Counted from the stretch's first letter, positions 9,515-20,609 are shown. The stretch is DNA of 64,000 nt from Thermodesulfobacteriota bacterium (GCA_965198945.1 CBDAQI010000013.1:191160-255159), one strand, 5' to 3'. Program-made: numbers and translations. Notes: generated by a model not told the origin, from the letters alone.

Positions 9515-10054
9515 ATGAGAATAATAAAAGGAATCCTCAGCGCGGGGGTTGTGGCCTTCTGCGCCGTTCTGATTGTTTACGCTTTTGACAAACGCATTTC
9601 CGAAAAACGCGGTCAATGGCCGGAATCTCCTCTTGTAGGCAAAACCGCCCCGGCATTCATTCTTAAAACTTTTGACGGCAACACGCTGGAATTGAAAGAT
9701 TTTCAGAACAGAACCGTGGTGCTTAATTTCTGGGCTTCGTGGTGCGTACCATGCGCGAAAGAAGTTGAGGAGATAAACAAAGCGCAAAAAAAATACGGCG
9801 GAAAAGTTGTTTTTCTCGGAGTAAATGTAATGGATGAAACCGAAGAAGCTCTGGACTTCATCTCAAAAAACAAAACCGTTTATCAAAACGGCTATGACCC
9901 TGAAAAAACAGTGCATATAGACTACGGGGTTGCCGGTGTGCCGGAAACTTTTTTCATTAACCCGAAAGGGGAAATATGGCGGAAAATTTCAGGCCCGCTT
10001 ACATTTGGTGAAATATCGGAAACTCTTCTATCGGCTTCACTGGAGCAAAATTGA
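9515..10054 (+). CDS. TlpA/ResA-family membrane-anchored thioredoxin
   Basis: N-terminal TM, LNFWASWCVPC, YGVAGVPETFFI; TATAAT at 9492-9497. Confidence 0.9.
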   Translation: MRIIKGILSAGVVAFCAVLIVYAFDKRISEKRGQWPESPLVGKTAPAFILKTFDGNTLELKDFQNRTVVLNFWASWCVPCAKEVEEINKAQKKYGGKVVFLGVNVMDETEEALDFISKNKTVYQNGYDPEKTVHIDYGVAGVPETFFINPKGEIWRKISGPLTFGEISETLLSASLEQN

Positions 10055-10101
10055 CATTGCGGAGTTTCCAGTAAAAAATTGTCCCGTTCTCTTCCCCTGT
10101 A

Positions 10102-11580
10102 ATGAACTTTAGTCAACTACTACAAAGCGCTTCTCTCGCGGCACCGGAACTTATTCTTTCTCTTGCGGGTCTCGTTTTAACTGTGTTTGCGCCTTTGTTG
10201 AAAAAAATTTCGGAACAGAAACGGTCTCTGTTTTTCTGCGCCGCAGCTCTGGCGGGCACTGGTGCGGCTTTCTATTTTAACTCGGCCAGATTTCACTCCG
10301 CCGAGACGGCTTTTTCGGGATTTATTGTGCTTGACCCTTTTTCCGGATATTTCAACTCAATCTTTCTTGTGAACATTGCGGCGACAACCTTATTCGCAAG
10401 GGCCCACCTGCGCGAAGCCGAAAGACTGGGTGAGTTTCTCGCCCTTGCGCTTTTTTGCACGGTGGGAATGATGTTTATGGCGGAATCAGTGGAATTTGTG
10501 TCCCTTTTTATAGCTTTTGAAACAATGTCAATATCTGTTTACGCCCTTTCGGGATTTTCACGAAACATTTTCTCGTCAGCGGAGGCCGGAATCAAATACC
10601 TTATAACCGGGGGTTTTGCGTCCGCGGTTATGCTGTTTGGCATAGCGCTTCTCTACGGCGCGACCGGAAGCCTTATGTTTGAGGAAATAGGGGCGAGTTT
10701 CTCAAACTTGTCATCAAATCCCATGCTGATAACCGGAACCGTGCTTGTGTTTGCGGGGTTTATTTTCAAAATAGGAGCGGCGCCTCTGCATCAGTGGATA
10801 CCCGATGTCTACGAGGGTGCTCCGCTGCCGGCCGTGGCTTTTATGTCAGTCGGTGTCAAAGTTGCCGCTTTTGCCGTTCTTGCAAGATTCGCGGTTGAAA
10901 TAGGAGCCGCAGGAGACTGGGGTTTTCAATCAGCGCTAATAGTAATTGCGGTGATAACAATGCTCGTGGGAAATATTTCGGCAATCGTCCAAAACAATAT
11001 TAAAAGAATGCTAGCCTATTCAAGCATTGCCCATGCCGGGTATGCGATAGTCGGAATTATCGCCTATCTCTCAGGAGAGAACACCGAGGGGCTTTCAGGA
11101 CTTTTCTACTATCTTTACGCATATACGATAATGAGTCTCGGAGCATTTGGCGTCATATTGCTGATTGGAAAAGAGGATAATGAATATAAAACATTCGGCG
11201 ACATATCGGGGCTCTGGAGAACAAAGCCCGTTTTCGCGGTCGCCCTCGCCGTGTTTATGTTTTCACTTGCGGGAATACCCGTAACCATAGGTTTTTTTGC
11301 AAAACTGAAAGTGTTCCTGCCCGCCGCAAAAGAAGGAATGTATTGGCTTGTTGTGTTCGCTCTTGTTAACAGCGTTGTATCCGCATACTACTATTTGAAA
11401 GTGCTGGTGTTTGCTTTTATGAGACCCGTCACAAAGCAGCAAACTGAACCGGGACAAGCTGATTTGGGAGCGCAGGCGGTGATTCTGATTCTGTGCGCCG
11501 GGGTTCTGTTACTGGGAATTTTCCCCCTGTATTCGGTTGAAATTACAGATGCCGCCGCACGGGTATTGACTGTCAGATGA
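10102..11580 (+). CDS. nuoN: NADH-quinone oxidoreductase subunit N
   Basis: EAGIKY, FKIGAAPLHQWIPDVYEGAP, KRMLAYSSIAHAGY, SLAGIP. Confidence 0.95.
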   Translation: MNFSQLLQSASLAAPELILSLAGLVLTVFAPLLKKISEQKRSLFFCAAALAGTGAAFYFNSARFHSAETAFSGFIVLDPFSGYFNSIFLVNIAATTLFARAHLREAERLGEFLALALFCTVGMMFMAESVEFVSLFIAFETMSISVYALSGFSRNIFSSAEAGIKYLITGGFASAVMLFGIALLYGATGSLMFEEIGASFSNLSSNPMLITGTVLVFAGFIFKIGAAPLHQWIPDVYEGAPLPAVAFMSVGVKVAAFAVLARFAVEIGAAGDWGFQSALIVIAVITMLVGNISAIVQNNIKRMLAYSSIAHAGYAIVGIIAYLSGENTEGLSGLFYYLYAYTIMSLGAFGVILLIGKEDNEYKTFGDISGLWRTKPVFAVALAVFMFSLAGIPVTIGFFAKLKVFLPAAKEGMYWLVVFALVNSVVSAYYYLKVLVFAFMRPVTKQQTEPGQADLGAQAVILILCAGVLLLGIFPLYSVEITDAAARVLTVR

Positions 11581-13808
11581 CAACTCCAAAAAGCCGATTC
11601 AAGAATGAAGCCGCGGGATTCGGGCTTTTTCTGCTGGGAGCCATTATCGCCGCAAGTCTTGTGGCGGGCGGCTCGCTTTCCCCCTTTGGAGGAGGCGCGG
11701 TCGGCTGGGTTGGAAAACTCATATCAAAGACTCTTTCATTTGGCCTGGGAGTATGTTCCTATCTGGTTCCGGCCGCATGCGGTTATTTCAGCATAAGGAT
11801 TTTATTTTCGGACATGGACCGGAGACAGGCGTCAAAAGATGCGGCCGCAATAGTTTTTCTTGTAATTTCCTGCTGTCTGTTTTCCGCAGTGGCTCTTGAA
11901 AAGGTTTTTACCGGTTATCTAACCCTGAACGGAGCGGGAGGAAAACTGGGAACACTTGCGGCGGGACTGACTCTGGGCAGCCTGGGCATGTTCGGTTCTT
12001 ACATAATATCGCTTTCAATTACTGCCGTATGTGTTGTTTTTCTTTTGAGAACAAGTTTGCTCTCGGTTCTGTCCGGGTTTTTCGGGATATTGGCAAAGCT
12101 GTTAAGAACAGCCGCGGCCGTTTGTCTGAAAACCGGAGGATTCCTTATCAGGAGCGCGGTCAGAACGGGAAGAAAAGTATCATCCATTGTGGCGGAACAA
12201 CTTAAGAAAAGACGTGAAAAAACAAAAAAAGCCATTTTATCACCCGTTTCCAAAACTCAGCGGGCACCTGATTCCCCGGAGAAAAAAACAAGTGACGAGC
12301 AGCCTAAAATTGTCGTCAAGAAGGAAAAAACGCCTCTTGTAATAGTTGATAAAGATACTGATGAGCAAAAACCTGCGAGAGGCGGTTTTCAGCTTCCTCC
12401 AATTGAACTCCTGGAAAAAGCGGAGATGCAAAAAACAGACATAGACAAAGAAAGCGCCTATAAAAACGCACGTTTGATTGAGGAAAAACTGGAGAGCTTC
12501 GGGGTTTCGGGAAAAGTAACCGAGATAAAACCGGGGCCCGTAATAACGATGTTTGAATACAAACCCGCCCCCGGCGTAAAAGTCAGCAAAATTTCCGCTC
12601 TTGAAAACGATCTGGCAATGAGTCTGAGCGCTCTGAAGGTGAGAACCATCTCACCCATCCCGGGCAGAGATGTTGTCGGCATTGAGGTTCCCAACGCCGT
12701 GAGTGAAACGGTCTGTCTGAGAGAGCTTATTGAAAACTGGGAATTTTCCGAAAGCAGCTCTTTTCTGACAATAGCCGTGGGAAAAGACATATCCGGAACC
12801 CCTTATTACACAAACCTCGCCGCCGCTCCGCACCTAATGATAGCGGGAACAACGGGTTCGGGGAAAAGTGTTCTTATGAACTCTCTGCTTGCAAGTCTGT
12901 TCTACAAAGCCGGTCCCGACCGTGTGCGTCTTCTTATGATAGACCCCAAAATGCTTGAATTCGCAATATACGAAGGCATCCCCCACCTGCTCCATCCGAT
13001 TGTGACGGAACCGAGAAAAGCTATTGCGGCGCTAAAATGGGCCGTCGCCGAGATGGAAAGCAGGTATCGGCTTTTGTCGCAAAAAGGGGTGAGAAACATA
13101 GATTCCTACAATACAAAAATAGAGAATGAAAAAGGCGCGGACTCTCCCGAAATACTCCCCTACATAGTAATTCTCATAGACGAGCTTGCCGATTTAATCC
13201 TGTCAGCCGCGGCGGACACCCGCGAGGCCATAATCAGAATAGCACAGAAGGCGCGCGCCGCCGGCATTCACCTTGTTGTCGCCACACAACGCCCTTCGGC
13301 TGATGTTGTCTCCGGACTGCTGAAAGCCAACATTCCCGCAAGAATCTCATTTCTTGTTTCTTCAAAAGTGGATTCAAGGGTCGTGCTTGACGCGCACGGC
13401 GCCGAGAGCTTGCTCGGCAAAGGAGACATGCTTTTCCTTAAACCCGGAACAAACTCTCTGGAAAGAATCCAGGGAGCTTTGATAACCGACGGCGAGAGGG
13501 AAAAAATTGTTGATTTTCTCAAATCACAGAGCGCTCCGGTGTTTGATGAAAAAGTTACGGAGGCCATAAACAAATCCGAACAGCCGCAAAACGGTGAGGA
13601 AAAAGAAGGCGATGACGACATGTATGAACAGGCGTTGAACATTGTAAGAGACGCGGGACAGGTTTCAATTTCAATGCTTCAGCGGCGTCTCAAAATAGGC
13701 TATAACCGCGCCGCAACAATAGTTGAGCAAATGGAAAAAGAGGGAATCGTGGGAGAACACAAGGGAGCCGGAAAAGCAAGAGAGGTTAATTTTCCAACCG
13801 AAGAATGA
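11577..13808 (+). CDS. ftsK: DNA translocase FtsK
   Basis: N-terminal TMs, AGTTGSGKS, IDELAD, ATQRPS, gamma domain LQRRLKIGYNRAA. Confidence 0.96.
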   Translation: MTTPKSRFKNEAAGFGLFLLGAIIAASLVAGGSLSPFGGGAVGWVGKLISKTLSFGLGVCSYLVPAACGYFSIRILFSDMDRRQASKDAAAIVFLVISCCLFSAVALEKVFTGYLTLNGAGGKLGTLAAGLTLGSLGMFGSYIISLSITAVCVVFLLRTSLLSVLSGFFGILAKLLRTAAAVCLKTGGFLIRSAVRTGRKVSSIVAEQLKKRREKTKKAILSPVSKTQRAPDSPEKKTSDEQPKIVVKKEKTPLVIVDKDTDEQKPARGGFQLPPIELLEKAEMQKTDIDKESAYKNARLIEEKLESFGVSGKVTEIKPGPVITMFEYKPAPGVKVSKISALENDLAMSLSALKVRTISPIPGRDVVGIEVPNAVSETVCLRELIENWEFSESSSFLTIAVGKDISGTPYYTNLAAAPHLMIAGTTGSGKSVLMNSLLASLFYKAGPDRVRLLMIDPKMLEFAIYEGIPHLLHPIVTEPRKAIAALKWAVAEMESRYRLLSQKGVRNIDSYNTKIENEKGADSPEILPYIVILIDELADLILSAAADTREAIIRIAQKARAAGIHLVVATQRPSADVVSGLLKANIPARISFLVSSKVDSRVVLDAHGAESLLGKGDMLFLKPGTNSLERIQGALITDGEREKIVDFLKSQSAPVFDEKVTEAINKSEQPQNGEEKEGDDDMYEQALNIVRDAGQVSISMLQRRLKIGYNRAATIVEQMEKEGIVGEHKGAGKAREVNFPTEE

Positions 13809-13821
13809 AGACTGAAAAGAC

Positions 13822-15030
13822 TTACCGGTCAACCTCTCCGAGCACAATATCAATGCTACTCAGCGCGGCGACGACATCGCCGAGAAGCTCTCCTTCAAGC
13901 ATTGGCGACAAAGACTGAAGATTCACAAATGACGGCCCCCTCACGCGCATGCGATAAGGTTTTTTAGTTCCGTCACTCACAAGATAATAACCGAGCTCGC
14001 CTTTGGGGTTTTCAACCGCGTGATAAACCTCTCCGGCAGGCGGTGAAAAACCGTCATAAACAAGAACAAAATGACGGATAAGAGACTCCATTCTGGTATA
14101 TACCTTTTCCTTTTCTGGAAGGACGATATCGGGCAAATCAGCTATGTGAGGGCCGCCCGGCAGGCTGTCTATCGCCTGTTTTATGATCCTCACACTTTGT
14201 CTGCACTCTTCCATTCTGCAAAGATAACGCGAGTAAACATCCCCTTCTTCACCCACAGGAATATCAAAATCATAGTTTTCATAACCGAGATAAGGTTTTG
14301 ATTTTCTTAAATCAAACGGGACACCGCTCCCCCTCAAAGTTGGTCCGGAAAGCCCCAAATCCAAGGCATCTTCGGCGCTTATATGGGAAATTCCTTTTGT
14401 TCTCTGAAGCCAGATGGTGTTTTTTGTGAGAAGTTTGTCAACCTCATCCAGAGTTTTTGGAAAAGCGGTGAGAAAATTGTTCACGGCTTCTTCAAACCCC
14501 TCGGGCAGATCTTTCGGGAGCCCCCCCACCCTCGGATACGAAGTGGTCATTCTTGCGCCACAGACCATTTCCAGAATATCGTAAATTCTCTCTCTTTCCT
14601 TGAAGCAATACATGAAAGAACTGAAAGCCCCGAGATCCAGAGCGCCGGTTCCTATGGCCACCATATGAGACTCTATTCTGCCGAGTTCAAAAAGAATGAC
14701 TTCAGCCGTCTTCGCTCTTTCGGGAATTTCATTTTCTATGCCAAGCAGTTTCTCAACCGCAAGAACAAAACCTATGTTGTTGCAGATTGCGGCGAGATAA
14801 TCCATCCGGTCGGTATAGGGAAGGCACTGCTGATAAGTTATGTCCTCACAGAGTTTTTCTATTCCTCTGTGCAGATAACCCATGTGAGGAACCACTTTTT
14901 TAATGGCCTCTCCCTCAAGACTCAGGACTATTCGCAAAACCCCGTGCGTGGCGGGATGCTGCGGCCCCATGTTTAAAACCATTTCTTTGGTATCCGGGCT
15001 TTCGTCTGAAATAAACTGAACGCGCTCCAT
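13822..15030 (-). CDS. nuoD: NADH-quinone oxidoreductase subunit D
   Basis: NMGPQHPATHGVLR, GYLHRG, DIVLGEVDR. Confidence 0.97.
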   Translation of the reverse strand: MERVQFISDESPDTKEMVLNMGPQHPATHGVLRIVLSLEGEAIKKVVPHMGYLHRGIEKLCEDITYQQCLPYTDRMDYLAAICNNIGFVLAVEKLLGIENEIPERAKTAEVILFELGRIESHMVAIGTGALDLGAFSSFMYCFKERERIYDILEMVCGARMTTSYPRVGGLPKDLPEGFEEAVNNFLTAFPKTLDEVDKLLTKNTIWLQRTKGISHISAEDALDLGLSGPTLRGSGVPFDLRKSKPYLGYENYDFDIPVGEEGDVYSRYLCRMEECRQSVRIIKQAIDSLPGGPHIADLPDIVLPEKEKVYTRMESLIRHFVLVYDGFSPPAGEVYHAVENPKGELGYYLVSDGTKKPYRMRVRGPSFVNLQSLSPMLEGELLGDVVAALSSIDIVLGEVDR

Positions 15031-15542
15031 CAGAAGTTCCCCTTTTTGAGCGCTTTTTCAAAAGACCGTTTTGCCGGTTCTCTGTTCCTCACATTAAAAT
15101 CTTTGCGGAGAGGAAATCCTTCATAGTCCTCGGCGAGAAGGATCCTCCTCATGTCCGGATGGCCGGCAAAATTAATGCCGAACATGTCAAAAACTTCCCT
15201 CTCAAGCCATTCCGCCGCCTTCCAGACCGGTGTGACGGAATCTATCCGGGGAGTTTCCCCATCAAGCGCCGTTTTAAGGAAAACCCTGAGTTCTTCATCG
15301 TATTGCGAATCAAAGCGAACCGCATTGTAGACAATTTCAAAACGCGGACCGGATTTTTCGCCCAACCAGTCAACGGCGGTAATGTCGGAAAGATAGACAA
15401 ATCCCAGCTGTGTTTTCAGTTTGAAACACGCTTCTTTTATGCGCCCGGAGTCTATAAAAAAAACCGGCTCCCCGCCTCTCATTTCCCCCGAAGACAAAGA
15501 GAAATCCGAAAGCGCGTTTTCAACAACATCTGCTATGTTCAT
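15030..15542 (-). CDS. nuoC: NADH-quinone oxidoreductase subunit C
   Basis: [31 protein letters not shown]. Confidence 0.95.
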   Translation of the reverse strand: MNIADVVENALSDFSLSSGEMRGGEPVFFIDSGRIKEACFKLKTQLGFVYLSDITAVDWLGEKSGPRFEIVYNAVRFDSQYDEELRVFLKTALDGETPRIDSVTPVWKAAEWLEREVFDMFGINFAGHPDMRRILLAEDYEGFPLRKDFNVRNREPAKRSFEKALKKGNF

Positions 15543-16024
15543 TTCAGAGGCGGGCCTTCGTTTTCTATTTTTTTCTGTATTTTGATCACTGCGTCTATAA
15601 GAGCTTCCGGACGCGGCGGGCAGCCGCCCACATAAACATCAACCGGCAGAAATTCGTCTATACCCTGAACAACCGCATAACTGTCAAAAGGACCGCCGCC
15701 GCAAGTGCATGACCCCATCGCTATAACCCATTTCGGTTCAGGCATCTGGTCATAGATTTTTCTGCACACCGAAGCCATTTTATAAGTGATTGTTCCGGAA
15801 ACTATCATAAGGTCCGCCTGACGGGGTGAAAATCTCGCCACTTCCGCGCCGAAACGCGCCATGTCGTAGCGCGACGCAAAAGCTCCCATCATCTCAATTG
15901 CACAACAAGCCGTTCCCAAAGGCATGGGCCAGAGACTGTTTTTTCTTGACCAGTTAACAAAAGCGGAAACCTTTGTTGAAATAAAACCGTCTCCGCCCAG
16001 CAGACCGCCGCTGTTCATCGCCAA
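15539..16024 (-). CDS. nuoB: NADH-quinone oxidoreductase subunit B
   Basis: ACCAIEM, SPRQAD, GCPPRPE. Confidence 0.97.
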   Translation of the reverse strand: MAMNSGGLLGGDGFISTKVSAFVNWSRKNSLWPMPLGTACCAIEMMGAFASRYDMARFGAEVARFSPRQADLMIVSGTITYKMASVCRKIYDQMPEPKWVIAMGSCTCGGGPFDSYAVVQGIDEFLPVDVYVGGCPPRPEALIDAVIKIQKKIENEGPPLK

Positions 16025-16371
16025 TTGAGGGCCCCCTTGAAAAGCACATAAAAATATCCAGCAACGATAACGGAAATAAATACTGCAATCTCAACCGCCG
16101 CAACGAGACCAAGATCCCGGGCGACTACGGCCCAAGTTATCAAAAAAACCGCTTCTATGTCAAAAAGTATAAAAAGCGCCCCGACAATATAGTATTTAAC
16201 GGGAAATTCCCCGGCTGCGTCTCCGACCGGAGTTATGCCGGACTCATATGGTGAAGATTTTTCTTCGGCGGGCTTTTTACGGCCGAAAAATACGGAAAAA
16301 AAAAGCAGAACAACCGCGAGACCAATCGTCAAACCCCAAATAATCACTATCGGAGCGTAGCTGTGAACCAT
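16015..16371 (-). CDS. nuoA: NADH-quinone oxidoreductase subunit A
   Basis: PYESG, FILFDIE, KGALNW. Confidence 0.95.
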   Translation of the reverse strand: MVHSYAPIVIIWGLTIGLAVVLLFFSVFFGRKKPAEEKSSPYESGITPVGDAAGEFPVKYYIVGALFILFDIEAVFLITWAVVARDLGLVAAVEIAVFISVIVAGYFYVLFKGALNWR

Positions 16372-16380
16372 TCCGCAACA

Positions 16381-16408
16381 AGGTTAAGTCATGGGACAGC
16401 ATTGTCAA
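16381..16408 (-). promoter_or_regulatory. Sigma70-type promoter of nuoA
   Basis: Minus strand TTGACA-16 nt-TAACCT-9 nt-ATG. Confidence 0.6.
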
Positions 16409-16423
16409 GAAAGGGACAGCATT
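16393..16423. repeat. 11-bp direct repeat GGGACAGCATT x2 (20-bp period)
   Basis: Exact copies at 16393-16403 and 16413-16423. Confidence 0.85.
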
Positions 16424-16464
16424 ATTTGTATTGTGTATGATTATCGCTCCGGCAGCCTATTGCC

Positions 16465-17172
16465 ATGACTACGAACTCCGCTGAACTTAATGTTTTTATA
16501 ACCTGTATGCGTGAAGAGGAAAACCTTAAAGTTCTTCTGCCCCGGCTCATTGGTATTCTGAACGGATACGGAATAACATACAAAATAATCGTGGTTGACA
16601 CCGTTTCCCCAATGGACGGCACCCCGGATTTATGCCGCAGATTTGAAAATGTCATTTATGTGCCGACCGAAGGAGAAGAAGACGGATACGGCAAAGCGGT
16701 GCGAACCGGAATCAAAAATGTAAATGCGAAATACGCAATACTTATGGACGGCGACCTTTCGCACCCGCCCGAAGTAATACCCTCCATGCTTGATATGCGC
16801 AAGAAAAAAGACATGGTGATAGCCTCGCGTTACACCAAAGGGGGAAGCTCTGACGACTACACCGCAAACCGGCTGATGTCTCGCGCTCTGAATATCACCT
16901 GCTCGGCAATAATGGGAATTGACTGCAAAGACTGGTCAACGAGTTTCAAACTTTATAGAAGCTCGCAGATTCAGGCTCTGGATTTAACATGCGAGCATTT
17001 TGACATACATCAGGAAATCATCTGCAAACTTCACGGAAACCATCCGGATTTCACCTTTGCCGAAGTTCCGATGGAGTTTTCCAAACGAGTGCACGGCTCG
17101 TCAACGCGCAGACTAATCTACGCCTATTCCCTAATAAAAACTATTTTCAAACTCCGCCTGGGTCTTATTTGA
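16465..17172 (+). CDS. Family 2 glycosyltransferase (polyprenol-phosphate sugar synthase-like)
   Basis: EEENL, GYGKAVRTG, MDGDLSHPP, IASRY..GG, R..G.S. Confidence 0.88.
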   Translation: MTTNSAELNVFITCMREEENLKVLLPRLIGILNGYGITYKIIVVDTVSPMDGTPDLCRRFENVIYVPTEGEEDGYGKAVRTGIKNVNAKYAILMDGDLSHPPEVIPSMLDMRKKKDMVIASRYTKGGSSDDYTANRLMSRALNITCSAIMGIDCKDWSTSFKLYRSSQIQALDLTCEHFDIHQEIICKLHGNHPDFTFAEVPMEFSKRVHGSSTRRLIYAYSLIKTIFKLRLGLI

Positions 17173-18115
17173 CAAGACGAACTGCGGTTTTAACCGCTTC
17201 CTGCATACTGCGCGGGTCGGCCATCCCGCTCCAGGCTATGTCAAAAGCAGTTCCATGGTCCGGAGAGGTTCTGACAATCGGAAGGCCAAGTGTTATGTTC
17301 ACGCCCCTGTAGAAAGCGAGCATCTTAAAAGGTGCCAGGCCCTGATCGTGATACATTGCTATCACGGCGTCCCACCTTCCTTCCATTGCCCCATAGAAAA
17401 CCGAATCCGCAGCGATGGGACCGGAAACATCAAAACCCAGCGCGGATGCTTTGAGAACGGCGGGAGCAATTTTTTCAATTTCCTCTCTGCCGAACTCCCC
17501 GTTCTCTCCCGCGTGGGGGTTGAGGCCGCAAACGGCAATCTTCGGAGAATCTATGGCAAACCTCTCCGATAAAACCGAAGAGCATATAGTTATTGTGTTA
17601 AAAACAGATTCCTGAGTTATGAGAGCGGGAACCTCTCTGAGCGCGCAATGAATTGTAACAAGAGCCACCCTGAGATCCCCTCCCTCAAACATCATCACGG
17701 CTTGTTCCGAATTAGTCATATCCCTGAACATTTCCGTATGCCCCGGATAAGGAGAACCCGCCAGTCGTATGGCTTCTTTATTGATCGGCGCCGTAACAAC
17801 CGCGGCCGTCCGCCCCGAAATCGTATATTCAACGGCCTTTTCTATTGAAAAAAGGGATTCGCGCCCCGAAGATTCACTCACTTTTCCGGGGACCAGATCG
17901 TCAAACCGGAGCTCACCGCAATCAATAAATTCAACCGTGTCCGGGTCTTTTGAGCCTATAAGTTCGCATGCGCCCGAAAAAATTTCCCTGCTTCCGAAAA
18001 TAACCGGCTCGCACAACCCCCTTGTTTCATCAGACAAAGCAACTTTTGCCACAATTTCGGGGCCTATTCCTCCGGGGTCTCCTAGAGTCATCGCTATTTT
18101 CGGTTTGGCGCCCAT
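17165..18115 (-). CDS. pdxA: 4-hydroxythreonine-4-phosphate dehydrogenase
   Basis: GDPGGIGPE, GHTE, GLNPHAGE, MYHDQG, RTSPDHGTAFDIA. Confidence 0.96.
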   Translation of the reverse strand: MGAKPKIAMTLGDPGGIGPEIVAKVALSDETRGLCEPVIFGSREIFSGACELIGSKDPDTVEFIDCGELRFDDLVPGKVSESSGRESLFSIEKAVEYTISGRTAAVVTAPINKEAIRLAGSPYPGHTEMFRDMTNSEQAVMMFEGGDLRVALVTIHCALREVPALITQESVFNTITICSSVLSERFAIDSPKIAVCGLNPHAGENGEFGREEIEKIAPAVLKASALGFDVSGPIAADSVFYGAMEGRWDAVIAMYHDQGLAPFKMLAFYRGVNITLGLPIVRTSPDHGTAFDIAWSGMADPRSMQEAVKTAVRLVK

Positions 18116-18121
18116 AAGCTT

Positions 18122-18886
18122 TTAATTCATCAGTCTGAAAAGATCCAGACTGTTGCGGAAAAGTCTCTCTTCGGTCTCATCCGGCTCTTCCCCTCTTATA
18201 TCCGCTAGAAGTTCAAAAACATGACGCACAAAAGCGGGTTCATTGTCTTTTCCTCTCATCGGAACCGGTGCAAGATATGGAGAATCCGTCTCAATAAGAA
18301 TTCTGTCAGCAGGGGCTTTTTTTGCCGCCTCACGAACTTCGGGAGCGTTTTTGAAAGTCAAAATCCCGGAAAAAGATATGAAAAAATCCATATCAAGAAA
18401 CCTCTTCATGGTTTTATAGTTCCCTGAAAAACAGTGTATTACGCCCGGTTTTTCTCCGCATCGCCCGTTTTTCACCACGGCCGCAACGTCTTCTTCGGAA
18501 TCCCTGATATGAACGACAAAAGGCAAACCCAACACACCCGCCATTTCAATGTGCGCCTCAAATGACTTAATCTGAATTTCACGGGGAGATTTCATATAGT
18601 GATAGTCAAGACCGGTCTCACCGATTGCGACAACTTTTTCGTGTGAAGCAAGTTCTGAAAAAACCTTTACGGTGTCATCCTGAAAAGTTGAAGCGGAATG
18701 AGGATGTATTCCGACTCCAGCATAAACGGAATTAAACCGCTCGGCGATTTCAATGGTTTTAAGAGCTGTTTCATGTTTTGTTGAGACGGAAAGGATTTTT
18801 TCCACCCCGGCCGCTCCTGCTCTCTCAACCGCCCGTGCGGATGATTCTCCGAGCATTTCCAGATGCGCGTGTGTGTCTATGAGCAA
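18122..18886 (-). CDS. tatD: TatD-family hydrolase
   Basis: DTHAH, GIHPH, GETGLDY, HCFS, ETDSPYLAP. Confidence 0.94.
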   Translation of the reverse strand: MLIDTHAHLEMLGESSARAVERAGAAGVEKILSVSTKHETALKTIEIAERFNSVYAGVGIHPHSASTFQDDTVKVFSELASHEKVVAIGETGLDYHYMKSPREIQIKSFEAHIEMAGVLGLPFVVHIRDSEEDVAAVVKNGRCGEKPGVIHCFSGNYKTMKRFLDMDFFISFSGILTFKNAPEVREAAKKAPADRILIETDSPYLAPVPMRGKDNEPAFVRHVFELLADIRGEEPDETEERLFRNSLDLFRLMN

Positions 18887-19365
18887 CCGTCAGTATCCTC
18901 CGGAGGTTTTTTATCCTCATCCCGCACAAGGTCTTGCAATTCTTCAAGAAACTCATTCACATCGTCAAAAGATTTATAGACGGAAGCAAAACGCAAATAA
19001 GCAACCTTGTCCAGATAACGCAAGTGATTCATAATCTGTTCGCCGATTTCATTTGCCGGTATTTCACGCTCACCCTTGCTGGCAAGTTCGCCCTCCAGCT
19101 TAAGGACGAAGTTTTCTATATCTTCCATTCTGATTCCGCGTTTTTCGCAGGCTTTTTTTACTCCGTCAAAAATTTTTTCCCTGCGGAAAGGCTCTTTGCG
19201 CCCGTCTTTTTTTACAACGGAGATTCTAACTTCCGGACGCTCATAAGTGGTAAATCTCTTTCCGCATGAACCGCATTCCCTTCTGCGACGAATGGACGGA
19301 GTTTCTTCATTGCTGCGTGAATCTATAACGCTTGTATTGTCTTCCATGCAGAAAACGCACTTCAA
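18877..19365 (-). CDS. nrdR: Transcriptional repressor NrdR
   Basis: [29 protein letters not shown] cone, [10 protein letters not shown]. Confidence 0.96.
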   Translation of the reverse strand: MKCVFCMEDNTSVIDSRSNEETPSIRRRRECGSCGKRFTTYERPEVRISVVKKDGRKEPFRREKIFDGVKKACEKRGIRMEDIENFVLKLEGELASKGEREIPANEIGEQIMNHLRYLDKVAYLRFASVYKSFDDVNEFLEELQDLVRDEDKKPPEDTDGCS

Positions 19366-20609
19366 ATTTTCATCCCCTCATATACCGGAAATTTTATGCA
19401 GAGCTCTTTTGCCTCGGCCTCCAGTTTCGTAAGTTTTCCCTCATCTCCGATATTTTGCAGCGCTCTGTCAATCAAATCGGCAATTTTTTCTATCTCCGCC
19501 TCTTTCATTCCGCGAGTTGTAACGGCCGGAGAGCCGATTCTTATGCCGCTTGCGATTGCCGGGGGGTGTTTGTCAAAAGGAATCGCATTCTTGTTGACCG
19601 TGAGACCGGCTTTTTCAAGCGCTTCCTCGGCGTCCCTGCCCGTAATATTCTTACTTGTCAGATCAACAAGCAAAAGATGGTTGTCCGTTCCGCCGGTCAA
19701 AATATCAAAACCGCGCTCCATAAGATTTTCCGCCATGGCGCGCGAGTTGACAACGGTCTGTTTCTGATACTCTTTGAAATCAGGGGTAAGCGCTTCGGCA
19801 AAAGCGACCGCTTTTGCGGCTATGACATGCATAAGCGGCCCTCCCTGCACTCCGGGAAAAACCCTGCTGTTTACGGTTTTCTCATGTTCTTTTTTCATCA
19901 TTACAACTCCGCCTCTGGGGCCTCTGAGGGTTTTGTGTGTTGTTGTTGTGACAAAATCACAATACGGAACGGGATCGGGATATATTCCCGCAGCCACAAG
20001 CCCGGAGGGATGCGCGATGTCTGCCATCAGCAGCGAGCCGGACTCGTCCGCAATCTCTTTGAATTTTTTGAAATCAATCTTCCGCGGGTAAGCGCTGAAC
20101 CCCGCAATAATCATCTTAGGTCTGTGTTTGAGAGCAAGCTCTCTCACTTCATCGTAGTCTATGAGAAAGGTTTGCGGATTCACGCCGTAGGAAACCGCGT
20201 TATAGTAACGCCCTGAAAAATTGACTTTGCTGCCGTGGGTAAGATGCCCTCCGTGCGCCAAGTCCATTCCAAGGAAAGTGTCGCCGGGGTTCATGCACGA
20301 AAAGAAAACGGCCATATTGGCCTGAGCGCCGGAATGGGGCTGCACATTTGCAGACTCCGCCCCGAAAATCTTTTTTATCCTGTCGCGCGCAAGTTCTTCC
20401 ACAATGTCAACAAACTCGCATCCGGCATAGTATCTTTTTCCGGGAAGCCCCTCGGCGTATTTGTTGGTCATAACGCATCCGAGCACTTCCATCACGGCGC
20501 GACTGGCATAGTTCTCAGAAGCTATGAGCTCAATTTTGAACTCCTGTCTCGCAAGTTCGCGCCTTATGGCGTCAGTAATTTCAGGGTCTGTTTTTTCAAG
20601 GATTGACAA
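19362..20609 (-). CDS. glyA: Serine hydroxymethyltransferase
   Basis: [28 protein letters not shown]. Confidence 0.98.
   Translation of the reverse strand: MSILEKTDPEITDAIRRELARQEFKIELIASENYASRAVMEVLGCVMTNKYAEGLPGKRYYAGCEFVDIVEELARDRIKKIFGAESANVQPHSGAQANMAVFFSCMNPGDTFLGMDLAHGGHLTHGSKVNFSGRYYNAVSYGVNPQTFLIDYDEVRELALKHRPKMIIAGFSAYPRKIDFKKFKEIADESGSLLMADIAHPSGLVAAGIYPDPVPYCDFVTTTTHKTLRGPRGGVVMMKKEHEKTVNSRVFPGVQGGPLMHVIAAKAVAFAEALTPDFKEYQKQTVVNSRAMAENLMERGFDILTGGTDNHLLLVDLTSKNITGRDAEEALEKAGLTVNKNAIPFDKHPPAIASGIRIGSPAVTTRGMKEAEIEKIADLIDRALQNIGDEGKLTKLEAEAKELCIKFPVYEGMKI

Noticed and set aside
9446..9787. N-terminal extension of the 843-aa ORF
   Set aside because: Overlaps the TlpA gene on the opposite strand; family similarity starts at ATG 9445.
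19332..20216. 294-aa antisense ORF and similar shadow ORFs (e.g. 14383-14976, 44519-45109, 60417-61010, 62356-62958)
   Set aside because: They lie opposite well-conserved genes and carry no recognisable motifs.
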